A stretch of 64,000 nt of DNA from the human T2T-CHM13v2.0 reference genome, Homo sapiens. The DNA is taken from NCBI RefSeq assembly GCF_009914755.1, contig NC_060928.1; one strand, given 5' to 3'. A model generated the notes under the pieces. That model searched no databases, was not told the origin of the DNA, and saw nothing but the letters and a program-made list of their open reading frames with translations. Made by a program: the position numbers and the translations under genes. Of this stretch, positions 14,304 to 34,912 are shown piece after piece. Positions within the stretch are counted from its first letter, which is position 1. Each line of letters starts with the position of its first letter.

Positions 14304-15404
14304 TTAAAAGAAATGTATCCGTGCTTTGCGCTTAAGATGTACAAAGTTTCCTGGAATATGCCAACCCAAAGAAATGCCGTCATTCAGGTGTTTAGATCCC
14401 AGTGAAGGAACTCTGTAGAAGCAGGACCCAGGAACGTTCAATAATACATGTTGCTGTACCGTCCTGTTACCCAACACACACATATACACAAAAACTCTCA
14501 TATATTTACTAAAACATTTGTAAAAAAATAATCATTAGCTAGGTCATAATTGTTATCTGGTGATGTTATGAAAATGTCACATGTTCTTATAAAAACATGT
14601 GCTTTTGTTCATTTCTGCTACTGGTGCTAAGTAACTACTTGCTCCTGGGTAATAGTCAATTCATTTTCTCTCAGATTTACAACATCTGGATTTGTAATAT
14701 AGGGTTTAATTTTATACATAAACTAGAGCTCAGCCTTTCCATTGATGGACACACCCAGGAAGTATAATATGCTTTGTGTAAAGCTTGAGTTTATGTTTAT
14801 TAAACTAAAAAAAGGTTGAGGGGAGGTCTGCCAAAATTAATTACTGCATGAAAAAGTCAGTGGTGCTTTCTTAAGGGTAAAAGATCAGATGGATTATATA
14901 AAACTTTCCCAGAAAAAGTAGGTTATAATTAACTCTACTCAAAACAAGAAAGCTATTTCTACTGCATGAGCAAACAGAAAAGATAAAACTGAAATAAAAA
15001 GTTTAACTTAAATTACTATCTTAACAAAACAGCAAAAATCCCGGACAGATAAACATTGTTTCTTGCTGTTATTTTCATTGTTAATTAATGTTTTGTTTGT
15101 TTGGTTTTTATTTGTTTTGGGTCCTGTTTCTTGTCAGTCAAATATGTGGACCGTTTTGACTCATTTTGTCAAGAAGACCTGGACAACAGTAATTTATTAT
15201 TTATTTGATAATATTTTTTGAGCCACTACAATAATTCTGACATCAAGAACCCAGAAATAATTATGATGCAGAACTCATTGCCAAAAGGCAATACTGGAGA
15301 CATACTAGTAATTAAAGCATTGTGTAATATAATTTATTATTTTCTCATTATTGCCCACATGGCTCTCTCTTATTGCCCACATAGTTCCCTCTTATGGCAC
15401 TAGA

Positions 15405-15543
15405 ATATTTTTACATGCCTGTCTCTCCATATTATGATCACTTTTGAAAGGAAGAACAGTATATTTGAACACTATGCTTAGTGCCTAGTACAGTAACTGG
15501 TAAACAACAATACTTACTAAATATATATTGAATTAATTGAATT
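15405..15543 (+). mobile_element. L2 3' end
   Basis: agtgcctagtacagtaactggtaaacaacaatacttactaaatatatattgaattaattgaat. Confidence 0.65.
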
Positions 15544-15586
15544 CTGAAATGTGTGCTGCTGAAGAGTCTCACAAAAGGATTATCCT

Positions 15587-16533
15587 TTTAGGGGAGAAAG
15601 ATTTCTTTTCTCATCTGATATGAGTTGCATCTGTGTCCCTGCCCAAATCTCATGTTGAATTGTAGTTCCCAGTGTAGTTCCTCCTCTGGTAGGAGGTGAT
15701 TGGATCATGACGTTAGATTTCTTCTTTGGTACTGTCCTTGCTATAGAGAGTTCTCATGAGATCTGGTTGTTTAAAAGTGTGAGGCACCTCCTCCTTCTGT
15801 CTTCCTCCTGCTCCTGCCATTTGAAGTGCTGGCTTCCCCTTTGCCTTCTGCCACAATTGTAAGTCTCCTGAGGCCTCCCCAGAAGCTGAGCAGCTGCCGC
15901 CATGCTCCCTTTACAGCCTGCAGAATCGTCAGCCAATGAAATCTGTTTTCTTAATAAATTACTCAGTCTCAGGTATTTCTTCATAGCAGTGTGAGAATGG
16001 CCTAATACATCACCCATTACTAGGTTCACAATGGAGAGTGTTATAACAAAAAACTAGATTATCAAGAGAAAAGCATACATATTTATTTAATATAAATTTT
16101 ATATCACACAACAGCCTTCAGTAATGAAAACTCAAATAAAGAGATAAACTTGGGCATTTTTACACTTAGGTTTAATAAAGAGTAGACAGTCATGGAGAAG
16201 TATGATTGGACAAAGAGGGTATAACCTAATACTAATGAACAGGGGTGGGGGCCTTAACAAGGCCTATTTACTCAGATTCTTCACTGTGCCCCTGCGCTTC
16301 AAATGTAAAGTTGTTCCTTTGCTCTAGGTATAGGGAGGGCTGTTCTCAAGTAAGGGTCTTATGACCCGCTTCAGAGGAGAAAGGTGGGAGTGATCACAGA
16401 GTGACCTTCCTAGGTATTAATACCAGCTTCAGGGGAAAAGGGTCAGGAGAAGGTGAGAATGGCCTTCTTGAGTCTGCTGTTTTCTCAAATGCCAAGGTGC
16501 TGTATTTTGGGTTAGTGTGTCCTAAACCCATCA
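15587..16533 (-). mobile_element. MER34/MER39-group ERV1 solo LTR, interrupted by MSTA
   Basis: Reverse complement starts tgatgggtttaggacacactaacccaaaatacagcaccttggcatttgagaaaacagcag. Confidence 0.75.
15616..16009 (+). mobile_element. MSTA-like MaLR solo LTR
   Basis: tgatatgagttgcatctgtgtccctgcccaaatctcatg...cctaataca; 5-bp TSD tcatc/tcacc. Confidence 0.9.
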
Positions 16534-17314
16534 TCATGAAAGCAGAAAAAGGAGGAAATTACATGTTCGAAACCACAGTAGAATGAAAGTTTGAGGACTA
16601 TATGGGAAACCATGTAATCCAGCATGGCTAGATGAAAGGCTAACTTGGAAGAAATGAGAGCCGGTTAAGCTAAGAAGATTGGTTCTATTCCAATGATAAA
16701 TGTCCTAGTGTCTCATGCCAGAGTCAGAACTTTCCTCTGTAGACAAAGGAGGGTCACTAAAGGTTTTTGAACATGAAAGTAATGACTATATAATTAAATC
16801 AAATTATCTGTGTTTATGATTGCACTATGGGAAAATGGCCAGTACAGTTTTACCAAATTTGGAGGATATAGTTGAGATGGTCTATGTGCCAAGCTCAAAA
16901 TTATGAAAGCCGGTCATTTTTGAGGATTCCTCAAATAAAATAGTTTAAAACTGAATTAGAACAAGAGCAATATTTTACTCCAATCTGGGGTAATATTGCA
17001 TACATATCAAGATATGATGAACAGGGAGGAAACAATGGCTTTATATATAAGCCCTAAATTGAAAATCATGAAGGCATAATACTTTCATAGATAGGCTAGG
17101 CCTTAGTCTTTTAACGGCTAGTTTTTAAAGTTAACTTCAGGATGAGATGTTAAAATAAGACACTCAAATACCATAATATTGACGATATGATGGGTTAACT
17201 TAAGAAACAAATTGATTTGGGTATAGATATTGTAGAGAAGGAAAAATATCTTTTTCTCTACATATTTCAGGTTTTCCAAATAGGGCACTGTAAATTAGAC
17301 TCCTCAAAGACAGA

Positions 17315-17780
17315 TATGAAATTAAATAATTCACACTTAAAGCTGTTGGAATTTTAAGTTATCATGGGCCTTCAAGAAATGTAGCTATGCAACCTGAGTT
17401 ACAAGGCATGCAGCTGCAACTTCTGCCTTTTTTTCTGTGAATAATTAAGACCAGATGGTGCCAGAGATAAGGACCTCCCACCCCCATTGGATCACTACCC
17501 CTCCTCAAGGAGTAATAAAATAATCTTGCCTGGAATGTAGCAACCAGTAACCAAACAAATCACTGTGGCATATGTTCCTGGTCTTGTATGGAAAATGTTA
17601 TAATTCTACTAGAACTTTTCTGTCTCTGCTTATATAAGTAAAACCCTAACTCTTCCGCTCTGGAAACACTGACCCCATTTGTTTGCAGTCAGTGTTTTCC
17701 CAGATGGCCATCCTGAAGTTTTGCACTGGAATAAACTCTATGTAATCATGTTTTCTGAATCTCATTATTTAAGGTTGCCA
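17315..17780 (+). mobile_element. 5' LTR of provirus (MER4-group; exact family uncertain)
   Basis: ~466 bp, TATA-like tatataag at ~17631, aataaa at ~17730, ends ttatttaaggttgcca; homologous to 23769-24983. Confidence 0.9.
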
Positions 17781-17783
17781 TTC

Positions 17784-17801
17784 TGGCAACCACAAAGGGA
17801 T
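17784..17801 (+). promoter_or_regulatory. Retroviral primer-binding site, tRNA-Arg(TCG)-type
   Basis: tggcaaccacaaagggat 3 nt after the LTR; one mismatch to TGGCAACCACGAAGGGAT (recalled complement of a tRNA-Arg-TCG 3' end). Confidence 0.7.
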
Positions 17802-18621
17802 AAAAACAGACCTCTAATAATCTCTGTCACTTTTCTGACAGCCAGAGCCATGGTACCAGCATGAACAGCTTTCATTCATCTGACTTCACCAGAGCCAATG
17901 GGATCTCTGGTAAGGCCCCTCTTTGTCTGAATCCTCCTAGATTTGCTTGAGCTGCACACATATCTAACTTAACAAGGTTGGAATTGAAGCTCTGCTGTAA
18001 GGTAGTTTTATTTGTTATTCTCTAGAGATTCAGCCGATTGCAGCTTTGTGGTTTTCACTTTTCTCTGAGGTTAAGGTTTTGTTTGAGATTACTCATAGTT
18101 ATCAGAACCTTTTCTCATGTTCAAAATTTTGGTCAGGGAGACAACAGTTTCCGAAAGGAGGAAGTGAATCTTTATGGCTTATGCAAAAAAAAAAAAAAAA
18201 ACCTTTAAAACTAGCCAGATTCTGAAACTCAGTTCAATTAATACATCTAAGCTTTTTCCATGAATAACCAGAGTTATAAAAGGCTCTATGAAAATAAGTC
18301 CTGAAAAAAGAGGTGCCTCTTCCTCCCAGCCAAAGGTACCTTAGGCAACTAAGGTCTCTTAGGAGTGTTGAAGTTTATTGCTTATTATTTGAAACAGGAA
18401 TTCCTTATGAACATACAAGGAATCTTCCTTAATCCAGTGGGCACACATAAAGGTTTATCACCTGAAGCCTTAAGCACCCAAGTTTCTTGGGATCACTGAG
18501 ACACATAGAGTGAAGAAATGACTCAAGGTGACACCTTGAGAAGCTATTCCCATAAGCAATACACCTGATTCCAAACACTTTCCACTAGGTTTTCAATCAT
18601 TCAGAAAGAAAAATGAAAATT

Positions 18622-21770
<3,149 letters not shown>

Positions 21771-21779
21771 GAAAAATAT

Positions 21780-23550
<1,771 letters not shown>

Positions 23551-23768
23551 ATAGCCTGACTCAGGTCACAAATTCACTTCTCTCTTGTTGCTTTAAATTT
23601 GGCCTATATTCCACCAACTTTGTAGCCTGAAAAGGTCCCCCTGCTGTAGAACATGGCACTCTCTCAATGAACCTTCCTAGCAATGTAAGACTAAGCTCCA
23701 TAACATAAAAAGAGCTAAATCATTTGAGTTTATCTATAATAATTTCTTCTAAACATCTTGATGAAAAA

Positions 23769-24983
23769 GTAAAATTAAATAATTTCAATTAAAAATAATT
23801 ACAACTTGAAACTTCTGAAACTTTAGATTATCCTGAGCCTTGAAGGATGCAGCTTTGCAACCTCTGCCTTTTTTTTCTATATATAATTAAGACCAAATGG
23901 CACCAGAGAAAAGACTTCCCTCCAGATCACTATCCCTCCTTATGGATATATAAAGTATAAATAATCTTCCTTGGAATGTACAATCTATAACCAACCAAGT
24001 CACTGTGGTGTATACACCTGGATTTGTATGGAAAATTGCTAGCAGTGGCAGGTATCCAGGTTACTGGTGGCGAATCCATAAAGATCTTCAGCAACCTCAA
24101 TTCTTGCCTCCTCAGAAGAAAGAATTTGACTGAGGGGCATAAGGCAGAAGAGGAGACCAAGGCAAGTTTTAGACCAGGAGTAAAAGTTTATTAAAAAGCT
24201 TCAGAACAGGAATGAAAAGAAAGTAAATTGCACTTGGAATAGGGACCAGTGAGCAACTTGGAGGACAAGTGCACAATTTGACATTTGACCTTGGACTTAG
24301 GGTTTTATATGCTGGCATACTTCCAGTATCTTGCATCCCTTTTTCCTTGATTCTTCCCTTGGGGGTGAGCTGCCTGAATATGTGGTGGTCTGTTAGCATT
24401 TGGGCGGTGAGCATGCACAGTGTGTTTACTGTAGCTGTACACATGCTCACCCAAAGCATTCTTCCCTTTTCTGGTGGAATGCCCGCAGAAGGTTATATAC
24501 TAGCTAAACTCTGCCATTTTGCTTCTTAATGTGCATGCTTGAGCCCACTCACCAACTCCTGAGATCTTATTGGGAAGCTGGTGATCATCAGTTTCAGGGT
24601 TTTCCTATCTATAGGGAGACTGCCTTTTCCCTGGAGCTGGCTGAGACCAATTATTATTTTAGAGAAATAGTTAACCACATCCTGACCACCATGTGATGGT
24701 CGACTGACACTCCTGGTTGGAGTAGGGGTCCTCTCCTGCCCTACTCATGTTTGCCTGACTACCTACTGTAACAAAATGTTGTAATCTTACTGAAATGTTT
24801 CTGTCTGTGCCTATAAAGTGAAACCTTAACTCCTCCAGTTTGGAAATGCTGACCCCATTTGTTCAGTCAGTGTTTCCCAGGTTTGTAGCCAAATAAACTC
24901 TATACCTAATCATACTGAGCTTTGCAGTCAAATAAGCTCCATACCTAATCATACTTTTAAAATATCATTATTTAAGGTTTACG
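23769..24983 (+). mobile_element. 3' LTR of provirus, interrupted by MER50
   Basis: Homologous to the 5' LTR on both sides of the insert; ends cattatttaaggtttacg. Confidence 0.88.
24037..24773 (-). mobile_element. MER50-type ERV1 solo LTR
   Basis: Reverse complement starts tgttacagtaggtagtcaggcaaacatgagtagggcaggagagg; perfect 4-bp TSD aaat. Confidence 0.88.
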
Positions 24984-25669
24984 CAAACTAACAAGAGAAA
25001 AGCAAACAGTAGTCTATTATCATGTGCATTGAGCATGTACAAATGGAAGTACCCAGCAATGACTCAACCTGAAGGATGATTAAAACATAGACTTGAATAC
25101 CATCTTAAGCTAAACCAAGGAAAAGGAGTTTTTCAGCTTCTAGGCAGTGGAGGCAAGTTACGGGAAGGTGACCGGGAAAAAATATGGAAAACAAAGTTGT
25201 TGACTTAACTTTGTTATGCAGAGTTAAGTCAGTGCCATCCCCACTGAAAAAAATATTTGTTAAGAGTCCTCTTCCTGGTACAAGTGAGAAAGATCTATTT
25301 TACAAATGAAAATTTCGTTTGTAAATCTGATTTTCCTTTACGAAAGAAAAAGCTCTACCCTGTTTTTAGAGCTTTGCCTGCATCTGCTGGTTTTTAATGG
25401 GCTTTAGTTTAAAATAACCCAAATGCCAGGTAGGCATGTTTTGGGGTGGCATATTCTAGTACTCTTCAGTCAAACACTCCACAGGAAGTTAGAGCTCCTT
25501 GAACACACTGCTTTAAGTCAAGCCTCAGACTGATCAAATTCTCTGGATATGCCACTTAGGAACACTCCAGGTACATCATCTTTTATTGAACATGAGAACT
25601 AAGCACTTGGATACAATAAAATGCTTGTATGCTGTTCTGTTTATTACATGCCATGGAAGAACAGGAATT

Positions 25670-26660
25670 TTATTTTGTTTTATTTTATTATTAAATATTT
25701 CATCAAACAAAAGAAAGTAAAAGAATGATAGAATAAGCACTCATACTTTTATTCTTTAAACAATCTATTGTGTTTCTACTTTCCAGCTATATGCATCATT
25801 TCTAAAATTTATATTTTATTTCCAGACTTTCAGACTGATCTTATCCTTTTTGATAACCTTTCAAAACTTGACCACACTTTTAAAATTACTTTTTATTTCT
25901 TAAAATGCATTACACTACTTATTTTATATTCAGTGTCTGATCATTAAAGGATCTCCAGCATTCCTTAGTTTTGTTGTTGTTTCTGTTGATCTTTTTCATA
26001 GGTTTTTTTATGAGTTTTATCTACTTTAAAAATTTATTTCAATCATCTGAAGTTTATTTGGAAGAACTCTTTAAGGCTCAAGTTTAAGTTTTTTAAGAGA
26101 TTTGGTGTGTGCACCAGCCAGGTGCTATAAAAAGACTTATGTTTTACATTAATTTTTTTTCAGAGGTAATATATACATTCTGGCCTCAAACCTATATAAT
26201 AACAGATTTAGGTTAGAAAACTGAATAGCAGACGTCGCGTCTCCTCCCTCCATACCTGAAACCCAAGGCTGAGATGGTTGCCTTTCTGTCTGTCTGTGGG
26301 AAGAGTTGTTCTGGATGATCCTTTTTTGGTCTCCATTTGATTGTGAGTGCTCTTCAGTGGTCCTAGCTCTGTGTGGGGGTCTTGGCTGGATCTCCCACCT
26401 TGAGTAGGTCCTATGCTTTGCTTTCTTTCCCTATGTCAAGCCCATTAAAACAAAGGCCTGGGAGCCATCAGGGTTGACAGATACCCCAGGATAGCTGTTG
26501 GCTTTAAAACTTTGCCACTTCTCTGAAGTCTAGATTTTTCATTGTTTTTGTCCTCTGAGAGTTCTCTACCCTTTTTTGTTTGTATGTAGGTGTTTCAAAA
26601 TGTTTGTTTCCAAGCACTTTAACATATTTTTTTAAAGTATTGTTCAATGTGTCTGCTTCA
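25670..26660 (-). mobile_element. Old L1ME-like fragments
   Basis: T-rich decayed L1-like sequence; poorly resolved. Confidence 0.4.
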
Positions 26661-26869
26661 TGAAATGTCTCTCTCAAATAAAAATGTAAAGGCAGGAAAT
26701 TTTCTCACCACACTTTTAAGTTGCATCTTTTACTTACTCTAAATTTTCAAACATCTTGAAAATGTCGCCTTTAATCATTATTTCAATTTTCTTACTGTCT
26801 ACTATTAAGAGGCCTTGCCTGTAGTAAGGCCATCGTTTACTTTTCTTCAAAGTGAACTATGTATGTGTG

Positions 26870-27286
26870 CTCAGATAGAAATCTGCACGAAGTCCGTTTA
26901 TTCCAAAGTGCTCTTGGGATGAACACCTGCAGAAGGGAGAGGATAGAAGCCCAATGGAGCAGAGGAGCAGAGGAGACTGCAGTGCAGTCTCAATGGAAGC
27001 CTCGGCTGACCCTAGTGGGAGTTTTGAAGATGAGATGAAACTTCAGAGCTGTCTGTGGTGGGGGCAAGAGAACCGGGACTTTATGCCCATATCAGTCAGT
27101 CATTGGATGTAGGAGGTCACAGGAATGGAGATGTGAACTTGAGTGAAGTGGCTTTCCGCAGCTGAGGCAAATCCCAAAGGGGGATGGTAGTTGAGGACTG
27201 TGTGCTGGCAGCCCTGGCAGCAGCTAGAGCAATAAGTTCTTTATCTCTGAACAGGGATCTCGGAGCTGCATCTTGGAGTCTACCAC
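26870..27286 (-). mobile_element. LTR16-like ERVL LTR
   Basis: gtttattccaaagtgctcttgggatgaacacctg...gcctcggctgaccc...cagtcattggatg...gtctaccac. Confidence 0.65.
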
Positions 27287-27299
27287 GTGTGCTTATCAC

Positions 27300-27660
27300 T
27301 GCGCCATTAACAATTTTTCTTCCATCCCCATCACTCTGGCTATGGTCACTAATGACTTCCATGTACCTGAAGCTAAAGCAGATTTTTCTATTTAGTAGAT
27401 TTTTTTTTAATAGACATACAGTTCTACTTACCATTTCCTCTTCTTGAAAAGCCCTCTTGTCCCACTTCTGTGTCATGGCTCTCTCCTCTATTTCTCCCAC
27501 CTCTCTTGCTGTGCTGTGGTGCTCTCCCTTCCTGGGTTATCCTTCCCTACGCTGAACCCGGGCTACGTCTCAGACTCTCTCCTCTCCCGCCTCCATGTGC
27601 TCTCTTTAAGTGATCTCACTTATGTCTCTGGTGATAACTCATTTTTGAAGGTTATGAATA
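27300..27660 (+). mobile_element. L2 fragment
   Basis: ggtcactaatgacttccatg...cttgaaa...tttctcccacctctc...tctctttaagtgatctca pyrimidine-rich L2 pattern. Confidence 0.55.
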
Positions 27661-28260
27661 TTTAACTAAAATCTGTGTATTGCCAAATTGTTTTCAGAAA
27701 AAGATGTATCCATTACAACATCAGTAGCAGTATATGTATATATCCATAATGATTTATATATTAATATGAAATAGTTTGAGAACAAAAAAAGAATAAGCAC
27801 CCATATATTTACCACCCAAAGAAATAAAATATTACAAATATATTTGAGGCACTTCATATACTCCTCCTTAACAATAATAATATTCCTCTCTGTGAACCCT
27901 ATGTTATCCACAACACTGAATTTGGTATTATTGTTTACCCATAGATCATTGCAATGCTCCCTAGACCTATCACCATGACCTTTTTTGAATAAAGCCCACC
28001 TTACCATTTTTACCAAGTATCAGGGATATTTTTTTCTTAATAGACTTTATATATGTAATCAGTTTCAGAATGAATTCATTCAGATGCAAGCAAAAAATAA
28101 CCTTTTTCTTTCTCATAGCTGCCTTGAGACCCACTCTTTAATCATTCCTCTCCAGCTCCAAGGAAAATCTTGGCAAATTTTATAACTTTTCCAGGACTTC
28201 TTTGATATTCATGAATAGGCTAAATGTTAGGTATTAGAGTTACATCAAAGTTAATGTTAG

Positions 28261-28552
<292 letters not shown>

Positions 28553-29039
28553 AATGTTAAACTTTCTATTTTTTTTGTTCAGTTTAAAGCTTTCTCCCCT
28601 CTCTAGTTCTGATCTGATTGAGACTCAGAACCTTCCAAATACTGAAAGACTCAAGGTTGAATTCCTTAATAATTTTCCATCTCACTGCTCTACTCCTTTT
28701 CCACACCAACCTTTTCTTTGTCATTGTTGGGGTGGAGTTAAGAGGAATGATAAGAAGATAGATGAGAAAAGAATAGTGCTTTCTTGACTGGTGGAACCTG
28801 GCTGGCATTAATGCCATGCGACAGTAGCTCATGTTCAAATGCTGACTCTACCTGTCAGTCTAAGGATGCTTAAATGGAGGCTTTCCCTGCCAAGTAATGG
28901 TCCTCTGCCTGCCGATATTCAGTTTTCTCCATGCAGACGGCCGGAATTGCCCCCCACCCCCCACACACTTTGACACACATGCACACACCCACACACAATC
29001 TGCTGATTCTTCTTTTAATTTCTTTGGCTTCTACACTTA

Positions 29040-30510
29040 GTTTCTTTTACTTCTATATCAGAGGGGAAAATATATATCTAGAAAGTAAAGACTGAGACAT
29101 ACCTGTGAAGTTATTGGATATTAAAGAAGATTTTTGGCATGCAAGAAAAACCTTTACATTACTTATATGGAGAAAAATTTACACTGGCTTCAGATATCTC
29201 AGCAATATTGAACACCATAGACAATACTGCAACACACGCAAGATCCTCAAGGAAGTGTAACCAATGCAGAAGAATGAAGAAACTGATACTTGTAAATATT
29301 TAAGAACTCAATTGTTGTTCCCATGAGTTTATCTTTAGGAAACTATTAAATATGTATTCTACCTGCCAAAACAATAACACAATTTAGGGGAAAGAAATGA
29401 TGGTCAATTTTTAATATGTTTAACTGCAAAACTAAGAATTTTTTTATTTTATTATTATTATACTTTAAGTTTTAGGGTACATGTGCACAGCGTGCAGGTT
29501 TGTTACATATGTGTACATGTGCCATGTTGGTGAAAACTAAGAATATTTTTAATATGAGGATTAGGGTGATGAAATATTATGTTGCTTTAGAGTATAGAAA
29601 TACTACCTTTTTTGAAACTGATAGAGGAAATCAGCTGATTGACTCATCAGCTGGAATTTAAAGTATAACTTAGAGCTGTTAAATAAGGCATTAAAATATG
29701 ACTATATTTACAAAAAGATAAACACAAAGAATGATAATATTATTCACTTAAATCACAGAATTGAATAAAAGAGGGGAGAGTTGATATTTGCCAACTTTTA
29801 TCACTGTTCATATTAGGAATATAATAGATGCTATCTAAAGAAAACACATAACCACCCAATCGTTGGTTGAAAATAGATAATACTCAAGGGTGTTTTATGC
29901 TAATAAAATAATAAAGATAAACACCAGAAAAACATAAATTGTAATCTAATTATAAATATTAGATACATACACAGAACAAAAATCACAAAGAAATAAGACC
30001 TTGTGGTAAAAGACTTAAGAAAGAATTACAACAACAGAAAACATAAGAAAATAATATTACTAAACCAAGACTAAAATTTCTGCCATTATGATAAATATGA
30101 GTTTATTTATATAAAATGTTATTATTACATCACAATAAAAATCCACCTAATGCTGTGAAATACACCTGAAGAAAAGTGATTCAAAAAGCTTTCTTAAAAA
30201 TAATATGCGTCTATAACACAAGCACCTATCAATAAAAAGTAAAAAGTAAAGACCATAATATAAGATAATATGCATTTATTTAATAATAGTATGCAGTCTA
30301 AAAGGTTGGTTAATAATATTAACAAAAGCAGTTCCATAAGGAGGATATAATAGCAATAATTCATGAAGCTACTATTAATAATTAGGAAGAGACACTCTAG
30401 ACATAGGAGAATTCAAATTTCTTAGTCCTTAAAATATTAAATAAACAAAATCTATGCAATTATACAGAAAACCTAAAAAATACAACTGGTAACTAGTAAG
30501 GTAGATATTT
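29040..30510 (+). mobile_element. Old L1M (ORF1/ORF2 start) fragments
   Basis: A-rich decayed L1 motifs (actggcttcagatatctcagcaa; aaaatccacctaatgctgtga; aaaagcagttccataagaggatataa). Confidence 0.5.
29439..29532 (-). mobile_element. Very short L1PA (PA3/4-like) 3' end insertion
   Basis: ttattatactttaagttttagggtacatgtgcac...gccatgttggtg; TSD aaaactaagaat. Confidence 0.92.
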
Positions 30511-31230
30511 ATATGTATTTTATGTATGTATACATATGTACAATATATAATATATACACATATATAATATGTACATATAGCATGGTAAAGGAAGGTAAGG
30601 TATATGTATATGTATATACATATAGTATATGCATATACATATATAGTATATATATAGTATATATATTTATATATACATATAGTATATATGTATATATAGT
30701 ATATACATATAGTATATATGTATATATAGTATATACATATAGTATATATGTATATATAGTATATACATATAGTATATATGTATATATAGTATATACATAT
30801 AGTATATATGTATATATAGTATATACATATAGTATATATGTATATATAGTATATACATATAGTATATATGTATATATAGTATATACATATAGTATATATG
30901 TATATATAGTATATACATATAGTATATATGTATATATAGTATATACATATAGTATATATGTATATATAGTATATACATATAGTATATATGTATATATAGT
31001 ATATACATATAGTATATATGTATATATAGTATATACATATATAGTATATATGTATATATAGTATATACATATATAGTATATATGTATATATAGTATATAC
31101 ATATATAGTATATATGTATATATAGTATATACATATATAGTATATATTTTATATATATACTATATATATACTATATATAGTGTATGTATATACTATATAT
31201 ATACTATATACTCTATATACTATTATATAT
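30510..31230. repeat. AT-rich minisatellite, 30-bp unit atatacatatagtatatatgtatatatagt
   Basis: About 12 perfect copies at 30671-31041, then 32-bp variants and degenerate (TA)n flanks. Confidence 0.97.
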
Positions 31231-33267
<2,037 letters not shown>

Positions 33268-33379
33268 CCATGCATTGAAATGCTAACATTAATTACATAG
33301 TAAAAGAAAGAAAGCACATAAATAGCTAAACATAAGCCATATGCAAGTTTGTAAAATACAAAGAAGATCATAGGCTCAA

Positions 33380-34060
33380 TTAGGAGAAAACATATTTTTG
33401 AATAACATGGAGCCCAAGCTGGGCATTGAAGGTGTGTAGTACGTCTTCAAGTGGAGTGGGAGGCGAGCATTCAAGAGGAGAGGACAGCAAAAGCAAAGGC
33501 AAAAGAGAAATATTTATTTTACTAAACATAAGGTACAGTTTGGAAATAAGGATAAAATATCATTTTTATTCAGACAAGATATTTCTTTTAATTCTGAGCT
33601 AGCAAGTTTTACTTTATTCCATAAACAGTGCAGCTCTCATTCATGAGAGTGCCTTGATCAGACATAGAAATGATTTACAAAATGAGCAAGTGGAAAGAGC
33701 AGCTTTTGGCTTTCGCTTTAAATTTAGTAGAGGAACAGAAAAGCCCAAAGTTTGACACTAGTTATTATTTTGCACACTTTAGACCATTTTATCCTGACAA
33801 TTGTATACAGAAAACGGACTTGAAATTCAGAAATACTAAATAATCCCCTTGAGACACACAGTTGGTATTTGGCTGAGCCAGGATTTGAATGCCTATCTAA
33901 CTCAAGACTTGGTTTCTTTACCACTACATCATACTACCTAAAGTAGTGACAATGAGAATGAAAAGGACGGGAAAGATATGCAAAACATTTCTGAAGGAAG
34001 TATCTAGAAAACAGTTATTAATGGTGAGTGGATGAGTAAGAGAAAGGGCACATCAAAAAT
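33380..34060 (-). mobile_element. L2 fragment containing a MIR (~33760-33930)
   Basis: gagctgggcattgaagg...; MIR ggctgagccaggatttgaatgcctatctaactcaa. Confidence 0.55.
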
Positions 34061-34912
34061 TAAAAGGCTGCTTGCTACTTAATTCAAAACCTTTCAAGTA
34101 CAGAATTAATGTTTTAAATAAACAATGAGAAATTTCACTGAGTAGTATACACCTCTGATTTTTACTTTGATTTTCTATGAACAAGAAAAAATTTTTCCAG
34201 AGAGTCTATGTTCAGCTTAACCAGCATACACGTCTTATTTACATCCATATAAACTATAAGGTCAGCTGTCAATGGGCTATCATTATTCAATATTCTAGTT
34301 AGTCCCCTGAATAGTGAATCTATGATACAGGCAGAAGCTCTCAGCTCCTCCGAACTTTAAGGAATGAAACCACTACTGACCCTTGAACAACAGAGGTTTG
34401 AACTGCATGGGTCAATCCATACAAAGTTTTTTTAAAATAAATATATTGGAAAATTTTTTGGAGATTTGGGACAATTTAGAAAAACTTTGCAGAAAAAACA
34501 TGTAGCCTAGAAATATTTTTTAAAAACCCACATTTCTTAAGTTAGGTATGTCATGAATATATAAAATAAATGTGAATACTAGTTTATTTTATCATTTCCT
34601 ATCATAAAGTATACAAAAATCTATTATAAAAAGTAAAAATTTATCAAAACTTACACAAACACTGACTGTATATGGTGCCATTTATAGTCATAAGAAATGT
34701 AAACAAACACAAAACAAGTATTAAATTATAACTGCATAAAATGAACTGTAGTACATACTATACTAATATAATAATTTTGTAGCCACCCCTGTTGCTGTTG
34801 TGGTGAGCTCAAGTGTTGCAAATGTCCACTTAAAATGCCATGTGACACTAATCATCTCTGTTTGAGCAATTCTCGCCAGTACATTATCTCAGCAAAAAAA
34901 AAAATTGTCTCT

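Noticed and set aside
14348-14356. STAT GAS motif TTCCTGGAA
   Set aside because: Single 9-mer without supporting context; expected by chance
27117-27665. Overlapping 73-127 aa ORFs
   Set aside because: Span an LTR16-like/L2 junction; repeat-derived
30429-31134. Longest ORFs in the track (155-213 aa, Y/I-rich)
   Set aside because: Translations of the AT minisatellite, which lacks stop codons in several frames
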